Of a DNA stretch of 64,000 nt, positions 42,260 through 52,116 are shown one piece after another. Made by a program: the position numbers and the translations under genes. The stretch is from Smithellaceae bacterium (GTDB lineage: Bacteria; Desulfobacterota; Syntrophia; Syntrophales; Smithellaceae). Numbering within the stretch: position 1 is the first letter of the stretch; every line of letters starts with the position of its first letter. A model generated the notes under the pieces. It saw nothing but the letters and a program-made list of their open reading frames with translations. It did not search any database and was not told the DNA's origin. The stretch spans positions 1,600,001 through 1,664,000 of the forward strand of contig CAXXVL010000002.1 of NCBI GenBank assembly GCA_963667845.2, read 5' to 3'.

Positions 42260-43537
42260 ATGAATAAATTCAATCCCGGCGCTTATCTTTCCGGCCTGAA
42301 TATCGATGTAATGCATTTTGGCCTGGAAGCGATCGGCGAACTTCTGACCCGGTTTTGCAATCCGCAAAGCAGCTATCCGACCCTTCTTGTCGGCGGCACC
42401 AACGGCAAGGGATCGACCTCTGCGATGGCGGCGGCCGTCCTCGTTGAAGCGGGTTATCGGGTGGGGCTTTATACATCTCCCCATCTGCGGAACGTCCGGG
42501 AACGGATCGTCATTAACGGTAAAAAAATCCCCCCTCAAAAATTCAGTCGCATTCTCTCGGAGATCAAATATCGGGCCGTTGGGCCTCTGACCTATTTTGA
42601 AGCTCTGACCGCGGCGGCGCTGATTTATTTCGCACAGGAGCAGGTTGATATCGCTGTGATGGAAGTGGGACTTGGCGGCAGGCTCGATGCGACAAATGTC
42701 TGTCGCCCGCTGGTTTCCGTTATCACCAATATCGGTCTCGAACACACGGCTTATCTGGGCAATACCCTGACGGCGATTGCCGGTGAAAAGGCCGGGATCA
42801 TCAAACCGGCGGGCATCTGTATCACCGGTGCCACGCAAAAGAAAGTTGTGCAGACGATCACAGCCGTCTGTTGTGAAAAAAAAGCCGCCCTTTACCGGCT
42901 CGGGACGGATTTCAGGATGACGAAACGCGCGAACGGTCTGGCTGACTACCGCGGGATCGGCAGGCAATTAAAGGGTCTGGAGATTTCTTTGCCCGGCGGG
43001 CATCAGGCAGCCAATGCGGCATTGGCGCTGGCGTCGCTGGAAATTGTCGCCAGAAGCGGCTTCGTCGTTGATGACGGTTCGATCCGTGCCGGCTTGAAGA
43101 ATACACGCTGGGAAGCCCGGATGGAAATCCTGTGCGCCGATCCATTGTTCCTGCTTGATGGTGCTCATAATCCTTCCGGCATGACCGTTTTGCGCCGTGC
43201 CCTGCAAAAGGATTTTTCCTGGAGGCGATTGATTTTGATTTTTGCGGCGCTTGCGGATAAAGATTATCGCAGGATGCTGCAAATCATTGCACCCCTGGCC
43301 GCCCGGATCATTTTACCGCCGCTGAAGACGGCCAGGGCCGCCCCGCCAAAGCAGATGGCCTCGTTGATAAAAGAGCTGGGTTACCGGTCGACGGTGACGA
43401 AAAGCGTTGATCAGGCAATCCGCCGGGCCTTGGACACGGCCGATCCGGGAGACATGATCTGCGCCTTGGGATCTTTATATCTTGCGGGCGAGGTAAAACA
43501 GGCATTCCATCAAATCCGATCTTGTGGTAAGGCGTAG
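42260..43537 (+). CDS. folC: Folylpolyglutamate synthase / dihydrofolate synthase
   Basis: GTNGKGST, YTSPHL, EVGLGGRLDATN, DGAHN and GSLYLAG motifs. Confidence 0.97.
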   Translation: MNKFNPGAYLSGLNIDVMHFGLEAIGELLTRFCNPQSSYPTLLVGGTNGKGSTSAMAAAVLVEAGYRVGLYTSPHLRNVRERIVINGKKIPPQKFSRILSEIKYRAVGPLTYFEALTAAALIYFAQEQVDIAVMEVGLGGRLDATNVCRPLVSVITNIGLEHTAYLGNTLTAIAGEKAGIIKPAGICITGATQKKVVQTITAVCCEKKAALYRLGTDFRMTKRANGLADYRGIGRQLKGLEISLPGGHQAANAALALASLEIVARSGFVVDDGSIRAGLKNTRWEARMEILCADPLFLLDGAHNPSGMTVLRRALQKDFSWRRLILIFAALADKDYRRMLQIIAPLAARIILPPLKTARAAPPKQMASLIKELGYRSTVTKSVDQAIRRALDTADPGDMICALGSLYLAGEVKQAFHQIRSCGKA

Positions 43538-43639
43538 CGCGGAAGAAAAAATAATGCGCCCCGGGGCGGAGCACGCTAAGCCTGCCGCCCTGAACCTTCA
43601 GCAACCCCGAGAATCGGGTGGAAGAAGGTGGAGCCGTAA

Positions 43640-45901
43640 ATGCCGTGCACAAGACGAAAGGTGAACGTATTGCTGATCGCATTCAAACATTATCTGGGCC
43701 GTGCGCTTCCGGTGATCTGCGGTGTCTTGTGTTTTGTAAGCGGCGTTTTCGCCCAGGATATGAAGATTCCCGCCGACGCGCCCGTGAAAATCGAAGCGGA
43801 TAATTTGTCCTATGATAATGAACATGACATTTATTCGGCGGAAGGCAACGTTGTGGTGACATATGGTGAAGGCGTCCTGACCGCGCAGCGTGTGCAATTC
43901 GATCGCAAGAAAAATCTGGCGGCCGCCGAAGGCGGAGCATTTCTAAAAATGGCGCAGGACACATTGCAAGGCGATAAAATTGTCGTGAATGTGGAAGATA
44001 AAACCGGCGTCGCTTACAACTCCAAAGTTTTTTATGAACGCAATCATTTTTATATCAAGGCCGATAAGATTGAAAAAACCGGAGCCAACACGTATACCCT
44101 TGAACGGCCGGTGGCGACGACCTGCGACGGGGACAATCCCGACTGGCAAATAGCAGGTTCGAAAATGAAAGTCACCATGGAGGGGTTTGGCTGGGTGGAA
44201 AATGCCCGCCTGCTGACAAAAGGTGTTCCGGTCTTCTATACACCGATTATCGCGTTTCCCGCAAAGACCAAGCGTCAGACCGGGTTTCTCCTTCCTTATC
44301 TGGCTTATTCCAGAAACAAGAACGGCGTCGATATTGAGATCCCCTTTTTCTGGGCGATTAATCCCCAGCTGGATGCAACCTTATATTCACGCTATATGGA
44401 AAAAAGAGGATACAAGCAGGGAGCGGAATTCCGGTATTTTGCGGGCAGCAAATTTTCCGGCACCCTTTACGGCGACTTCATGGAGGACAATAAGCATATC
44501 ACGGAAACTATCGATTCCGGCCTGTCCCGCGACTGGCAGGAAATGCACCGCCGGTGGTCATACTACGCCAACACCGAAACAAAATTCGATTCCCAGTTTT
44601 ATATCCGGACGGATTTGCGCCGTGTCTCCGATGCCTGGTATTTCCGCGATTTCAGCGCTCACAACTATTACCTGACAAACTTTTCGACATCGGAGGAAGA
44701 CCCGTTTCGGAGAGTTCCCTTTCAGGGGAATGAGTCATTGCGGTCCCTCGAATCATCGGCGCGAGTGTTTAAGGGATGGAATAATTATAATATCATGGCG
44801 CGGATCAGCTCAACGGATGATTTTGCTGCGACCAATAATGACCGGACCCTGCAGACCTACCCGGAAGTTATTCTGACCGGCATCCGGCAGCCGCTTTTTA
44901 AAACGCCTGTCTATTTTGCGTTTGCCGGCAACTATGACTACTTTTACCGCGGCGAAGGCACAAGGGGGCATTATGCGGATGTTGCGCCGACGTTGTCGCT
45001 GCCTCTGAGCCTGTCTCGGTATGCGAAAATTGCCCCCCAGCTTACGGTGCGGGAAATCTATTGGAACCGGGATGACGGCCAGATCGGTTCCGAGGGCAGG
45101 AGCGGCAACCGGACTATGTATAACGCCGGATTTAGCGCCAGCACCCAGCTCTCCAGAGTCTTCGATGTCCGCGTCCTCAACTGGGATAAGGTCCGCCATG
45201 AAATCAAACCGGAGGTCGTATATTCCTACGTGCCGGGCGTCCGTGAAAACGACATCCCCGACTATTTGCCGAGAATCAGTTCATTGCTTGATCCCTTTAC
45301 GTCTTTCAATAAGAGTGTTACCATCGATCAGTGGACAGAGCAAAATGCAGTGGCCTGGGCGATCACCAATACAGTTACCGCCCGGCTGAAAGACAAAACC
45401 GGGACGAACAGCTATCTGGAATTTTTCCGCTTCAAGCTGTTTCAGGTCTACGATATTCATGAAGCCAAAAAGGATATGACAGGCTCCGTTACGGAAAGGC
45501 GGCCCCTGTCCGATTTCGGAATCGAGCTGGATGTGAAGCCTCATCAGTATGTTTCGTTTGCCGCGCGCAATAGATACAGCCCTTACAGCGGCTGGAAAGA
45601 AATGAATTATGATCTGGGTTTGAATGACTGGCGCGGCGATAAATTGACGTTCGGTTACCGCTATACGCTGGATTCCATTAAAGAGATCAATATGGACTTA
45701 AGGGCGATGATTACCGAACGGTTAAGTGCGAGACTGGTTGTCCGGTTCGACCAGTTCAATAATCAAACCGTGGAAAGCACGGTCGGGCTTATGTATACCC
45801 AGCAGTGCTGGGGCATCGGAGCGGACTACAGCAAAACGTTCGATGATGAAAGAATTATGCTGAAAATTTCTCTGTCCGGGCTTGGTATGCTCGGTATTTA
45901 A
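43640..45901 (+). CDS. lptD: LPS-assembly protein LptD (start uncertain)
   Basis: Signal peptide, OstA-like N-terminal domain, TTC...PDW, RQTGFL.P and QCW motifs. Confidence 0.92.
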   Translation: MPCTRRKVNVLLIAFKHYLGRALPVICGVLCFVSGVFAQDMKIPADAPVKIEADNLSYDNEHDIYSAEGNVVVTYGEGVLTAQRVQFDRKKNLAAAEGGAFLKMAQDTLQGDKIVVNVEDKTGVAYNSKVFYERNHFYIKADKIEKTGANTYTLERPVATTCDGDNPDWQIAGSKMKVTMEGFGWVENARLLTKGVPVFYTPIIAFPAKTKRQTGFLLPYLAYSRNKNGVDIEIPFFWAINPQLDATLYSRYMEKRGYKQGAEFRYFAGSKFSGTLYGDFMEDNKHITETIDSGLSRDWQEMHRRWSYYANTETKFDSQFYIRTDLRRVSDAWYFRDFSAHNYYLTNFSTSEEDPFRRVPFQGNESLRSLESSARVFKGWNNYNIMARISSTDDFAATNNDRTLQTYPEVILTGIRQPLFKTPVYFAFAGNYDYFYRGEGTRGHYADVAPTLSLPLSLSRYAKIAPQLTVREIYWNRDDGQIGSEGRSGNRTMYNAGFSASTQLSRVFDVRVLNWDKVRHEIKPEVVYSYVPGVRENDIPDYLPRISSLLDPFTSFNKSVTIDQWTEQNAVAWAITNTVTARLKDKTGTNSYLEFFRFKLFQVYDIHEAKKDMTGSVTERRPLSDFGIELDVKPHQYVSFAARNRYSPYSGWKEMNYDLGLNDWRGDKLTFGYRYTLDSIKEINMDLRAMITERLSARLVVRFDQFNNQTVESTVGLMYTQQCWGIGADYSKTFDDERIMLKISLSGLGMLGI

Positions 45902-45994
45902 TTGCATATTTTACCGCTATGCCGTTTGATCAACGGCGGGGGCGTCATTTTGGCGGGAAGCGGGCGGAATTGTCGAGCGATGCAAATATTTTTC

Positions 45995-46023
45995 TTGACA
46001 AACAGACGGTAATTGCATAGCTT
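45995..46023 (+). promoter_or_regulatory. sigma70 promoter of rplM-rpsI
   Basis: TTGACA-17 bp-TAGCTT. Confidence 0.7.
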
Positions 46024-46059
46024 GCATCTTTAAATTTTTAACTAAAGTGGCGGTTTAAT

Positions 46060-46488
46060 ATGAAAACATTTTCAGCGAAGGCAGAAGAGACAAAACAAGA
46101 CTGGCACGTGGTTGACGCGTCCGGTAAAGTATTAGGAAGGTTGGCGAGCGAGATCGCCCTGCGCCTTCGGGGCAAGCACAAAGCTATTTACACGCCGCAT
46201 GTGGATACCGGCGATTTTATCGTGGTGGTCAATGCGGAAAAAATTATTCTGACCGGTAAAAAGCTCACGGACAAGATCTATTATTCCTATTCCGGGTATC
46301 CGGGAGGATTAAGAGAAACGGCAGCCGGGAAGATGCTGGCGGAAAAGCCGGAAAATTTAATTCGCATTGCAGTGGCCGGCATGATGCCGAAAAACAATCT
46401 TGGCAGAAAAATGCTAAAGAAACTGAAGGTCTACAGCGGGAATGCCCATCCGCATGAAGCCCAGTGTCCGCAGACTTTGACCGTTTAA
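46060..46488 (+). CDS. rplM: 50S ribosomal protein L13
   Basis: [15 protein letters not shown] and HPHEAQ motifs. Confidence 0.99.
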   Translation: MKTFSAKAEETKQDWHVVDASGKVLGRLASEIALRLRGKHKAIYTPHVDTGDFIVVVNAEKIILTGKKLTDKIYYSYSGYPGGLRETAAGKMLAEKPENLIRIAVAGMMPKNNLGRKMLKKLKVYSGNAHPHEAQCPQTLTV

Positions 46489-46533
46489 ATCGCCTGGGGC
46501 GACGATCGATTACAAATTTATTTGGGAGATATC

Positions 46534-46926
46534 ATGACAGTACAACGTTTTTATGCAACCGGTAAGAGAAAGAGCGCTATTGCACGCGTCTATATGAAGG
46601 CGGGCAGCGGCAATATCGTGGTGAACAAGAGAAACTACGAGGAATATTTTTCGCGTCCCAGCTTGAAAATGATTATCCGGCAGCCCTTGGAAATCACCGG
46701 TAAGAAGGACCAGTTCGATTTGTATGTTAATGTCAGCGGCGGCGGCGTTGCCGGTCAGGCCGGTGCTGTCAAACACGGAATTTCCAAAGCCCTTCTGGCG
46801 TACGACGCCGATTTGCGTCCCATTCTGAAAAAGGCGGGGTTTTTAACGCGTGACGCCCGCGTCGTTGAAAGAAAGAAATACGGCCAGCCGGGAGCCCGCA
46901 AGAGATTCCAATTCTCCAAACGTTAA
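46534..46926 (+). CDS. rpsI: 30S ribosomal protein S9
   Basis: [11 protein letters not shown] and ERKKYG...FQFSKR motifs. Confidence 0.99.
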   Translation: MTVQRFYATGKRKSAIARVYMKAGSGNIVVNKRNYEEYFSRPSLKMIIRQPLEITGKKDQFDLYVNVSGGGVAGQAGAVKHGISKALLAYDADLRPILKKAGFLTRDARVVERKKYGQPGARKRFQFSKR

Positions 46927-46932
46927 TCATCC

Positions 46933-46962
46933 AAGGGGGGCTTTCAGGCCTCCCTTTTTTTT
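46933..46962 (+). terminator. Rho-independent terminator after rpsI
   Basis: AAGGGGGGC...GCCTCCCTT stem followed by a T run. Confidence 0.75.
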
Positions 46963-46972
46963 GGAGCTTTTT

Positions 46973-48013
46973 ATGAAAATTAAAGCAGCGGTATTCGGTG
47001 CCAGCGGGTATACCGGACAGGAACTTATCCGGATTTTATCTTGCCATCCGCAGGTGGAACTGGTAGCCGCGACATCAAGACGCTATGCCGGAGTTAAAGT
47101 GGCGGAGGTTTTTCCATCGCTTTTCGGGCTGACGTCGCTTACTTACGTAAACGCCACGGCGGAAGAGATTGCCGGTCTGTGCGATGTGGTTTTCCTCGCT
47201 TTGCCGCACGGCGTCTCCATGGACATTGCACCCGTCTTTATCCGGGCGGGCAGGAAAGTAGTCGATCTTTCCGCCGACTATCGTCTGCGGGATCTGACCA
47301 CTTACGAGAAATGGTACGCCAAACACCATAGCGCCGACTTGTTCGGGCAGGCAGTTTACGGGCTTCCCGAGCTTTACCGGGAGTCCATTAAAAGATCCCA
47401 ATTGATTGCCAATCCCGGCTGCTATCCGACCAGCATTATCCTGGGGCTGACGCCTGCTCTCCGAAACAAGCTCGTGGACATCTCTACGATTATTGCCGAC
47501 TCCGCTTCCGGAGTGAGCGGTGCCGGACGCGATCCTGTTGTCGGGTCGCTTCTTTGCGAAGTGGACGGCGGGTTCAAGGCATATAAAGTCGGGAAACACA
47601 GGCACACACCGGAAATTGAGCAGGAATTGAATGCCCAGGCCGGGAAAACATTTGCGATTTCCTTTACCCCGCACTTATTGCCGGTGAAACGGGGTATTCT
47701 GTCGACGATTTATGCCACCCTGACGAAGGACATAACGCTGGCCGAACTGCACGCCGTTTATCAATCGGCTTATGCCGGTGAAAAGTTTGTGCGGATATGC
47801 CCGCTCGGAGCCACTCCGAATATTTCATCCGTCTGCGGATCAAATTACTGTGATATCGGACTTGCCCATGATCCGAGAACCCATCGGGTGATTATTATTT
47901 CCGCGATTGATAACCTGATGAAAGGTGCGGCCGGACAGGCGGTGCAGAACATGAATCTGGTCTGCGCTCTGGCGGAAGACAGCGGTCTTGCGATGCCCCC
48001 TCTTTATCCCTAA
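46973..48013 (+). CDS. argC: N-acetyl-gamma-glutamyl-phosphate reductase
   Basis: GASGYTG, ANPGCYPT, SGVSGAGR and DNLMKGAAGQAVQNMN motifs. Confidence 0.98.
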   Translation: MKIKAAVFGASGYTGQELIRILSCHPQVELVAATSRRYAGVKVAEVFPSLFGLTSLTYVNATAEEIAGLCDVVFLALPHGVSMDIAPVFIRAGRKVVDLSADYRLRDLTTYEKWYAKHHSADLFGQAVYGLPELYRESIKRSQLIANPGCYPTSIILGLTPALRNKLVDISTIIADSASGVSGAGRDPVVGSLLCEVDGGFKAYKVGKHRHTPEIEQELNAQAGKTFAISFTPHLLPVKRGILSTIYATLTKDITLAELHAVYQSAYAGEKFVRICPLGATPNISSVCGSNYCDIGLAHDPRTHRVIIISAIDNLMKGAAGQAVQNMNLVCALAEDSGLAMPPLYP

Positions 48014-48028
48014 GGAAAGTCATACAAC

Positions 48029-49501
48029 ATGTCCCTGAAAATATTTAATACCAGAACGAGAAAAAAAGAAACGTTTGTACCCGTTAAAGAAGGGGCCGTC
48101 GGCATGTATGTCTGCGGCATTACCGCTTATGATGTCTGTCACGTCGGGCATGCCCGCGCCGCCGTGGTTTTTGATGTCGTCTTTCGGCATTTAAAAACCC
48201 GCGGCTACACGGTCACCTATGTCAAGAACTTTACCGATATCGACGACAAGATTATCGATCGGGCGAATAAAGAGGGTGTCGGCATCGGCGAGATAGCCTC
48301 GCGATACATTAAACTGCATGATGAGGATATGGCTTCACTCAATGTTCTGACGCCTACGGTAACGCCAAGGGCGACCGATCACATGGCGGACATGATTGCT
48401 TTGATCAAGACGCTCGAAGAAAAAGGCATTGCCTACTCGGTGGAGGGGGATGTGTTTTTTGCAGTTGACCGTTTCCCTGCTTATGGCGGTTTATCGGGGC
48501 GTCATCTCGATGAGATGATGGCCGGCGCCCGCGTGGACGTGAATGACAAGAAAAGAAATCCGCTCGACTTTGTCCTGTGGAAGAAAAGCAAGGAAGGCGA
48601 ACCCTTCTGGGAGAGTCCCTGGGGAAACGGCAGGCCTGGCTGGCACATCGAGTGTTCCGCCATGAGCCGGCGTTATCTGGGCGAAACATTTGATATTCAC
48701 GGGGGCGGCGAAGACCTGATTTTCCCGCACCACGAAAATGAAATCGCGCAATCCCAGGCGGCGACGGGGAAGCCCCCTGCAAATTACTGGGTGCACAACG
48801 GCTTCGTGAAGATCAACGCGGAAAAGATGTCGAAGTCGCTGGGGAATATCTTTCCCATCCGCGAAATTGTCAAACAATACCACCCGGAGGTTCTGCGCCT
48901 TTTTATGCTCCAGAGCCATTATCGAAGTCCCGTGGATTATTCGGAGGCATCTCTTACGGAGGCCCGGACAGCGCTTATCCGCTGCTATACCGCTTTACAG
49001 CAGATGAAAGAAACGCGGGCCATGATTGCCGAGCCAGGCAAAGAAAAACCGACTGCCGGAGAGACCCAATACACCAATAAACTGGACGAATTAAAAAGCA
49101 AGTTCGATGCTGCGCTGGACGATGATTTTAACACGGCCCAGGCTCTGGGATATGTCTTTGACGCGGCGAGGCTTGTGAACCAAATCACAATGGCGGAAAA
49201 GAAGATGCCGATGCCGGCCAAGCAGGTGATCCTTGCGACCGCAGCAGACGTCTTCATGCATTTCGGCAACGGACTGGGCGTTTTTCAGTCGGATCCGGAC
49301 GTCTTTTTCCAGGTCGACCGGGACGTCGAAGTCCGGAAGCGCGGCCTCAAGGCGGCGGACATCGAGGCGCAGATTGAGGAGAGGCAAAAAGCCCGTGAAG
49401 AAAAAGACTGGACCCGGGCCGATGATATTCGACAGGCATTGGCTTTGCAGAAAGTTACCTTAAAGGATTCTAAAGGCCGGACGACCTGGTCGATTGAGTG
49501 A
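48029..49501 (+). CDS. cysS: Cysteine--tRNA ligase
   Basis: YVCGIT, HVGH, GRPGWHIECSAM and KMSKS motifs. Confidence 0.99.
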   Translation: MSLKIFNTRTRKKETFVPVKEGAVGMYVCGITAYDVCHVGHARAAVVFDVVFRHLKTRGYTVTYVKNFTDIDDKIIDRANKEGVGIGEIASRYIKLHDEDMASLNVLTPTVTPRATDHMADMIALIKTLEEKGIAYSVEGDVFFAVDRFPAYGGLSGRHLDEMMAGARVDVNDKKRNPLDFVLWKKSKEGEPFWESPWGNGRPGWHIECSAMSRRYLGETFDIHGGGEDLIFPHHENEIAQSQAATGKPPANYWVHNGFVKINAEKMSKSLGNIFPIREIVKQYHPEVLRLFMLQSHYRSPVDYSEASLTEARTALIRCYTALQQMKETRAMIAEPGKEKPTAGETQYTNKLDELKSKFDAALDDDFNTAQALGYVFDAARLVNQITMAEKKMPMPAKQVILATAADVFMHFGNGLGVFQSDPDVFFQVDRDVEVRKRGLKAADIEAQIEERQKAREEKDWTRADDIRQALALQKVTLKDSKGRTTWSIE

Positions 49502-49668
49502 GAGCCGCCCCCTGCCGGTTTTTCCATGTTTTATCCGTAAAAACACGCTTAATATTTATTTCTTTTTGCTGAAATATATGGAAAATAACTTAGGCGATAG
49601 TATATACTTTTTTGCATTGATGTCATATCTTCATATTATTAAATACATTATTTGCGGTGAGGCAGAAC

Positions 49669-50988
49669 ATGAAAAACGTATCCGGTAAATGGTCAGTATT
49701 CATCATTATTCTCCTGGTGATTCTTGTTGTCTTTGGATCCTCCTCCGACAGCAAGGTTCCTGCCAAGGATAAGAATATCTACAAGGAAATTAAAACATTC
49801 AACGAAGTTCTGGATATGGTGCAGAAGAACTATGTTGATGAAGTGGATCCCTCTGTTCTGATTCAGGGAGCGATTAACGGTATGATCAAATCCCTGGACC
49901 CGCACAGCGCGTTTATGACTCCCGATATCTATAAGGAACTGGAAGTTGAAACGCAGGGTCGTTTTGGCGGAATTGGCATAGAGATTACGATCCTGAAGGA
50001 CGTGTTGACCGTTGTTTCTCCTATTGAAGATACACCTGCATTTAATGCCGGCGTAAAGTCCGGCGATCAGATCGTCAAAATCGACGGCAAATCCACAAAA
50101 GACATTACCATTCTGGAAGCCGTTAAAAAGCTGCGCGGCCCGAAAGATACGAAGGTCACCATCACGATCATGCGGGAGAATATGACCCAGCCCAGGGACA
50201 TCATCCTGACCCGGGCCATTATTCAGGTCAAGAGCGTTAAAGCCAAAACCTTTGATGACCACATCGGTTACATCCGCGTTGCATCTTTTCATGAAAGGAC
50301 CGCTGCCGATCTGCGCAAAGCATGGTCCGAAGTGAGTGAAAAGACAAAACCGATCAAGGGACTCGTGCTCGATTTGCGAAATGATCCGGGCGGACTTCTG
50401 AATCAGGCCATTGAGGTTTCCGATATGTTCCTGAAGTCGGGCATCATTGTTTCGACGCGCGGGCGGACGAAAAATATGGAAACCAAGACGATGGCCAGGG
50501 ACAATGGGGATCAGGATATCAATGTTCCGCTGGTCGTCCTGGTGAACGAAGGTACCGCGAGTGCGGCGGAGATCGTTGCGGGAGCTCTGCAGGACAATGG
50601 CCGGGCGCTGATCATCGGAACGCAAACATTTGGCAAAGCGTCCGTTCAAACCGTGATTCCCCTGGAAAACGGTTCCGCGCTGAAACTGACGACAGCCCGA
50701 TACTATACGCCCAATGGCCGGTCTATTCAGGCCGAAGGCATCAAGCCGGACATTATCGTGAGGCTGGTCCGGCCGGCCGATGAAAAAGAAGATCGTTTCG
50801 AAGAACGCGTCCGGGAAAAAGATCTCAAGGGGCACATTAAACCGGCAAAGGAAGACGGTACGCAGCTGGAGGAAAATAAAGCCGAAGGTCTCAAGCAGAC
50901 GACGGATCTGGACAAGGACAATCAATTGAAAGCGGCCGTTGATATTCTGAAAAGCTGGCAGATCATGAAGAAGAATCCGGTAAACTGA
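49669..50988 (+). CDS. ctpA: C-terminal processing protease (S41 family)
   Basis: LDPHS, GIGI (PDZ), DLRNDPGG, TASAAEI, GKASVQ and GIKPD motifs. Confidence 0.95.
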   Translation: MKNVSGKWSVFIIILLVILVVFGSSSDSKVPAKDKNIYKEIKTFNEVLDMVQKNYVDEVDPSVLIQGAINGMIKSLDPHSAFMTPDIYKELEVETQGRFGGIGIEITILKDVLTVVSPIEDTPAFNAGVKSGDQIVKIDGKSTKDITILEAVKKLRGPKDTKVTITIMRENMTQPRDIILTRAIIQVKSVKAKTFDDHIGYIRVASFHERTAADLRKAWSEVSEKTKPIKGLVLDLRNDPGGLLNQAIEVSDMFLKSGIIVSTRGRTKNMETKTMARDNGDQDINVPLVVLVNEGTASAAEIVAGALQDNGRALIIGTQTFGKASVQTVIPLENGSALKLTTARYYTPNGRSIQAEGIKPDIIVRLVRPADEKEDRFEERVREKDLKGHIKPAKEDGTQLEENKAEGLKQTTDLDKDNQLKAAVDILKSWQIMKKNPVN

Positions 50989-51022
50989 CCCTGTTTTTTT
51001 AAGAGAGCTGTTTTTGCCGGCT

Positions 51023-52060
51023 ATGAAAAAAAAGAATAAAAAAAAATATGTCACGGCGGCTTTAATCACGCTGATTGTTTTGTCCATCGCCGCGATCGTT
51101 TACGTCATCGCGTTTCACGAGGAAGAAATGATTGCGGGGAAGTCCGGGCCGGCCGGGAAGAAGCACGCAAAGATTCGGGAGACTGATTCGAAAGAAAAGC
51201 CGTCTTTGCAGTCTCCGGTCAAGGCGCCGGCGAAAGCGAAGTCTTTGACCCAGGCTGCGCCCCGGATGCCGAATAAAGAAACAAGGCAAGAAGGGCAGGA
51301 GACTCCTGTGCTCCCGCAAACCGGTAATGAGCCCCCGCAGAAAGAGAAGATCGTCGTTGCCAGGCATGTGCCCCAGCGGCTACCTTTGAAGCAGGTAGCC
51401 ATCATTATCGACGATATCGGGTATGATCTCGCCACCGTGCGGGAACTGCTGAGTATCGATGCGGATATCACCTACGCCATTTTGCCGCTCGTTGCCCATT
51501 CGCGGGAAGCAGCCGAAATGCTGCACAAGGCCGATCACGAAACGTTGTTGCACCTGCCGATGGAACCGCTCTCGTACCCGAAGGAAAAACCGGGCAACGG
51601 GGCTCTTTTTACGGACATGAATGATGACGAGCTTGTCTTTCAACTCAATTCCGACCTGGCTTCCGTTCCATACGTTTCGGGGGTCAACAACCACATGGGC
51701 TCCAAATTCATGTCTAATGAAGAACGGCTTCTGCCGGTTTTTAAAGAACTTAAAAAAAGGGGTTTGTTTTTTATAGATTCGCGGACGACCGGAAATTCCA
51801 AAACGACTGCCGCATCGCAGAAAGTCCATTTAACGGTCGCATCACGCAAAATCTTTCTGGATAATGAGCGTGATTATTCCAAGATCTACCGGATCCTGAT
51901 GGAGGTAGCTGAAGCGCCGGCTGACGGTTCGCCGCTGATTATCATCGGACATCCTCATCCGGAAACCATTCGGGCGATCAGAGACGCCAGCAAAGTATTC
52001 AGGGAAAAAGGAGTTTCGATCATCCCGGTCTCCAAATTGCTGCAGAAGCAACCGTCATAA
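51023..52060 (+). CDS. Divergent polysaccharide deacetylase family protein
   Basis: IIIDDIG, LHLPMEP, NNHMGS, FIDSRT and IGHP motifs; N-terminal TM helix. Confidence 0.92.
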   Translation: MKKKNKKKYVTAALITLIVLSIAAIVYVIAFHEEEMIAGKSGPAGKKHAKIRETDSKEKPSLQSPVKAPAKAKSLTQAAPRMPNKETRQEGQETPVLPQTGNEPPQKEKIVVARHVPQRLPLKQVAIIIDDIGYDLATVRELLSIDADITYAILPLVAHSREAAEMLHKADHETLLHLPMEPLSYPKEKPGNGALFTDMNDDELVFQLNSDLASVPYVSGVNNHMGSKFMSNEERLLPVFKELKKRGLFFIDSRTTGNSKTTAASQKVHLTVASRKIFLDNERDYSKIYRILMEVAEAPADGSPLIIIGHPHPETIRAIRDASKVFREKGVSIIPVSKLLQKQPS

Positions 52061-52116
52061 AGGTATGTCCCGGCTGTCCGTTTTCCGGGAGATAAGAATT
52101 GAGAGTAACGATCATC

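Noticed and set aside
41924..42967. 347-aa minus-strand ORF (also 36283-37368 and 34451-35350)
   Set aside because: They lie antisense to well-supported genes and are codon-bias shadows.
48029..49501. Possibility of a variant CysRS linked to recoding
   Set aside because: The catalytic motifs and the C-terminal anticodon-binding pattern (R..AR..KDW..AD.IR...D....TTW) look canonical.
49693..51087. 464-aa minus-strand ORF
   Set aside because: It is the antisense shadow of ctpA and has no recognisable motifs.
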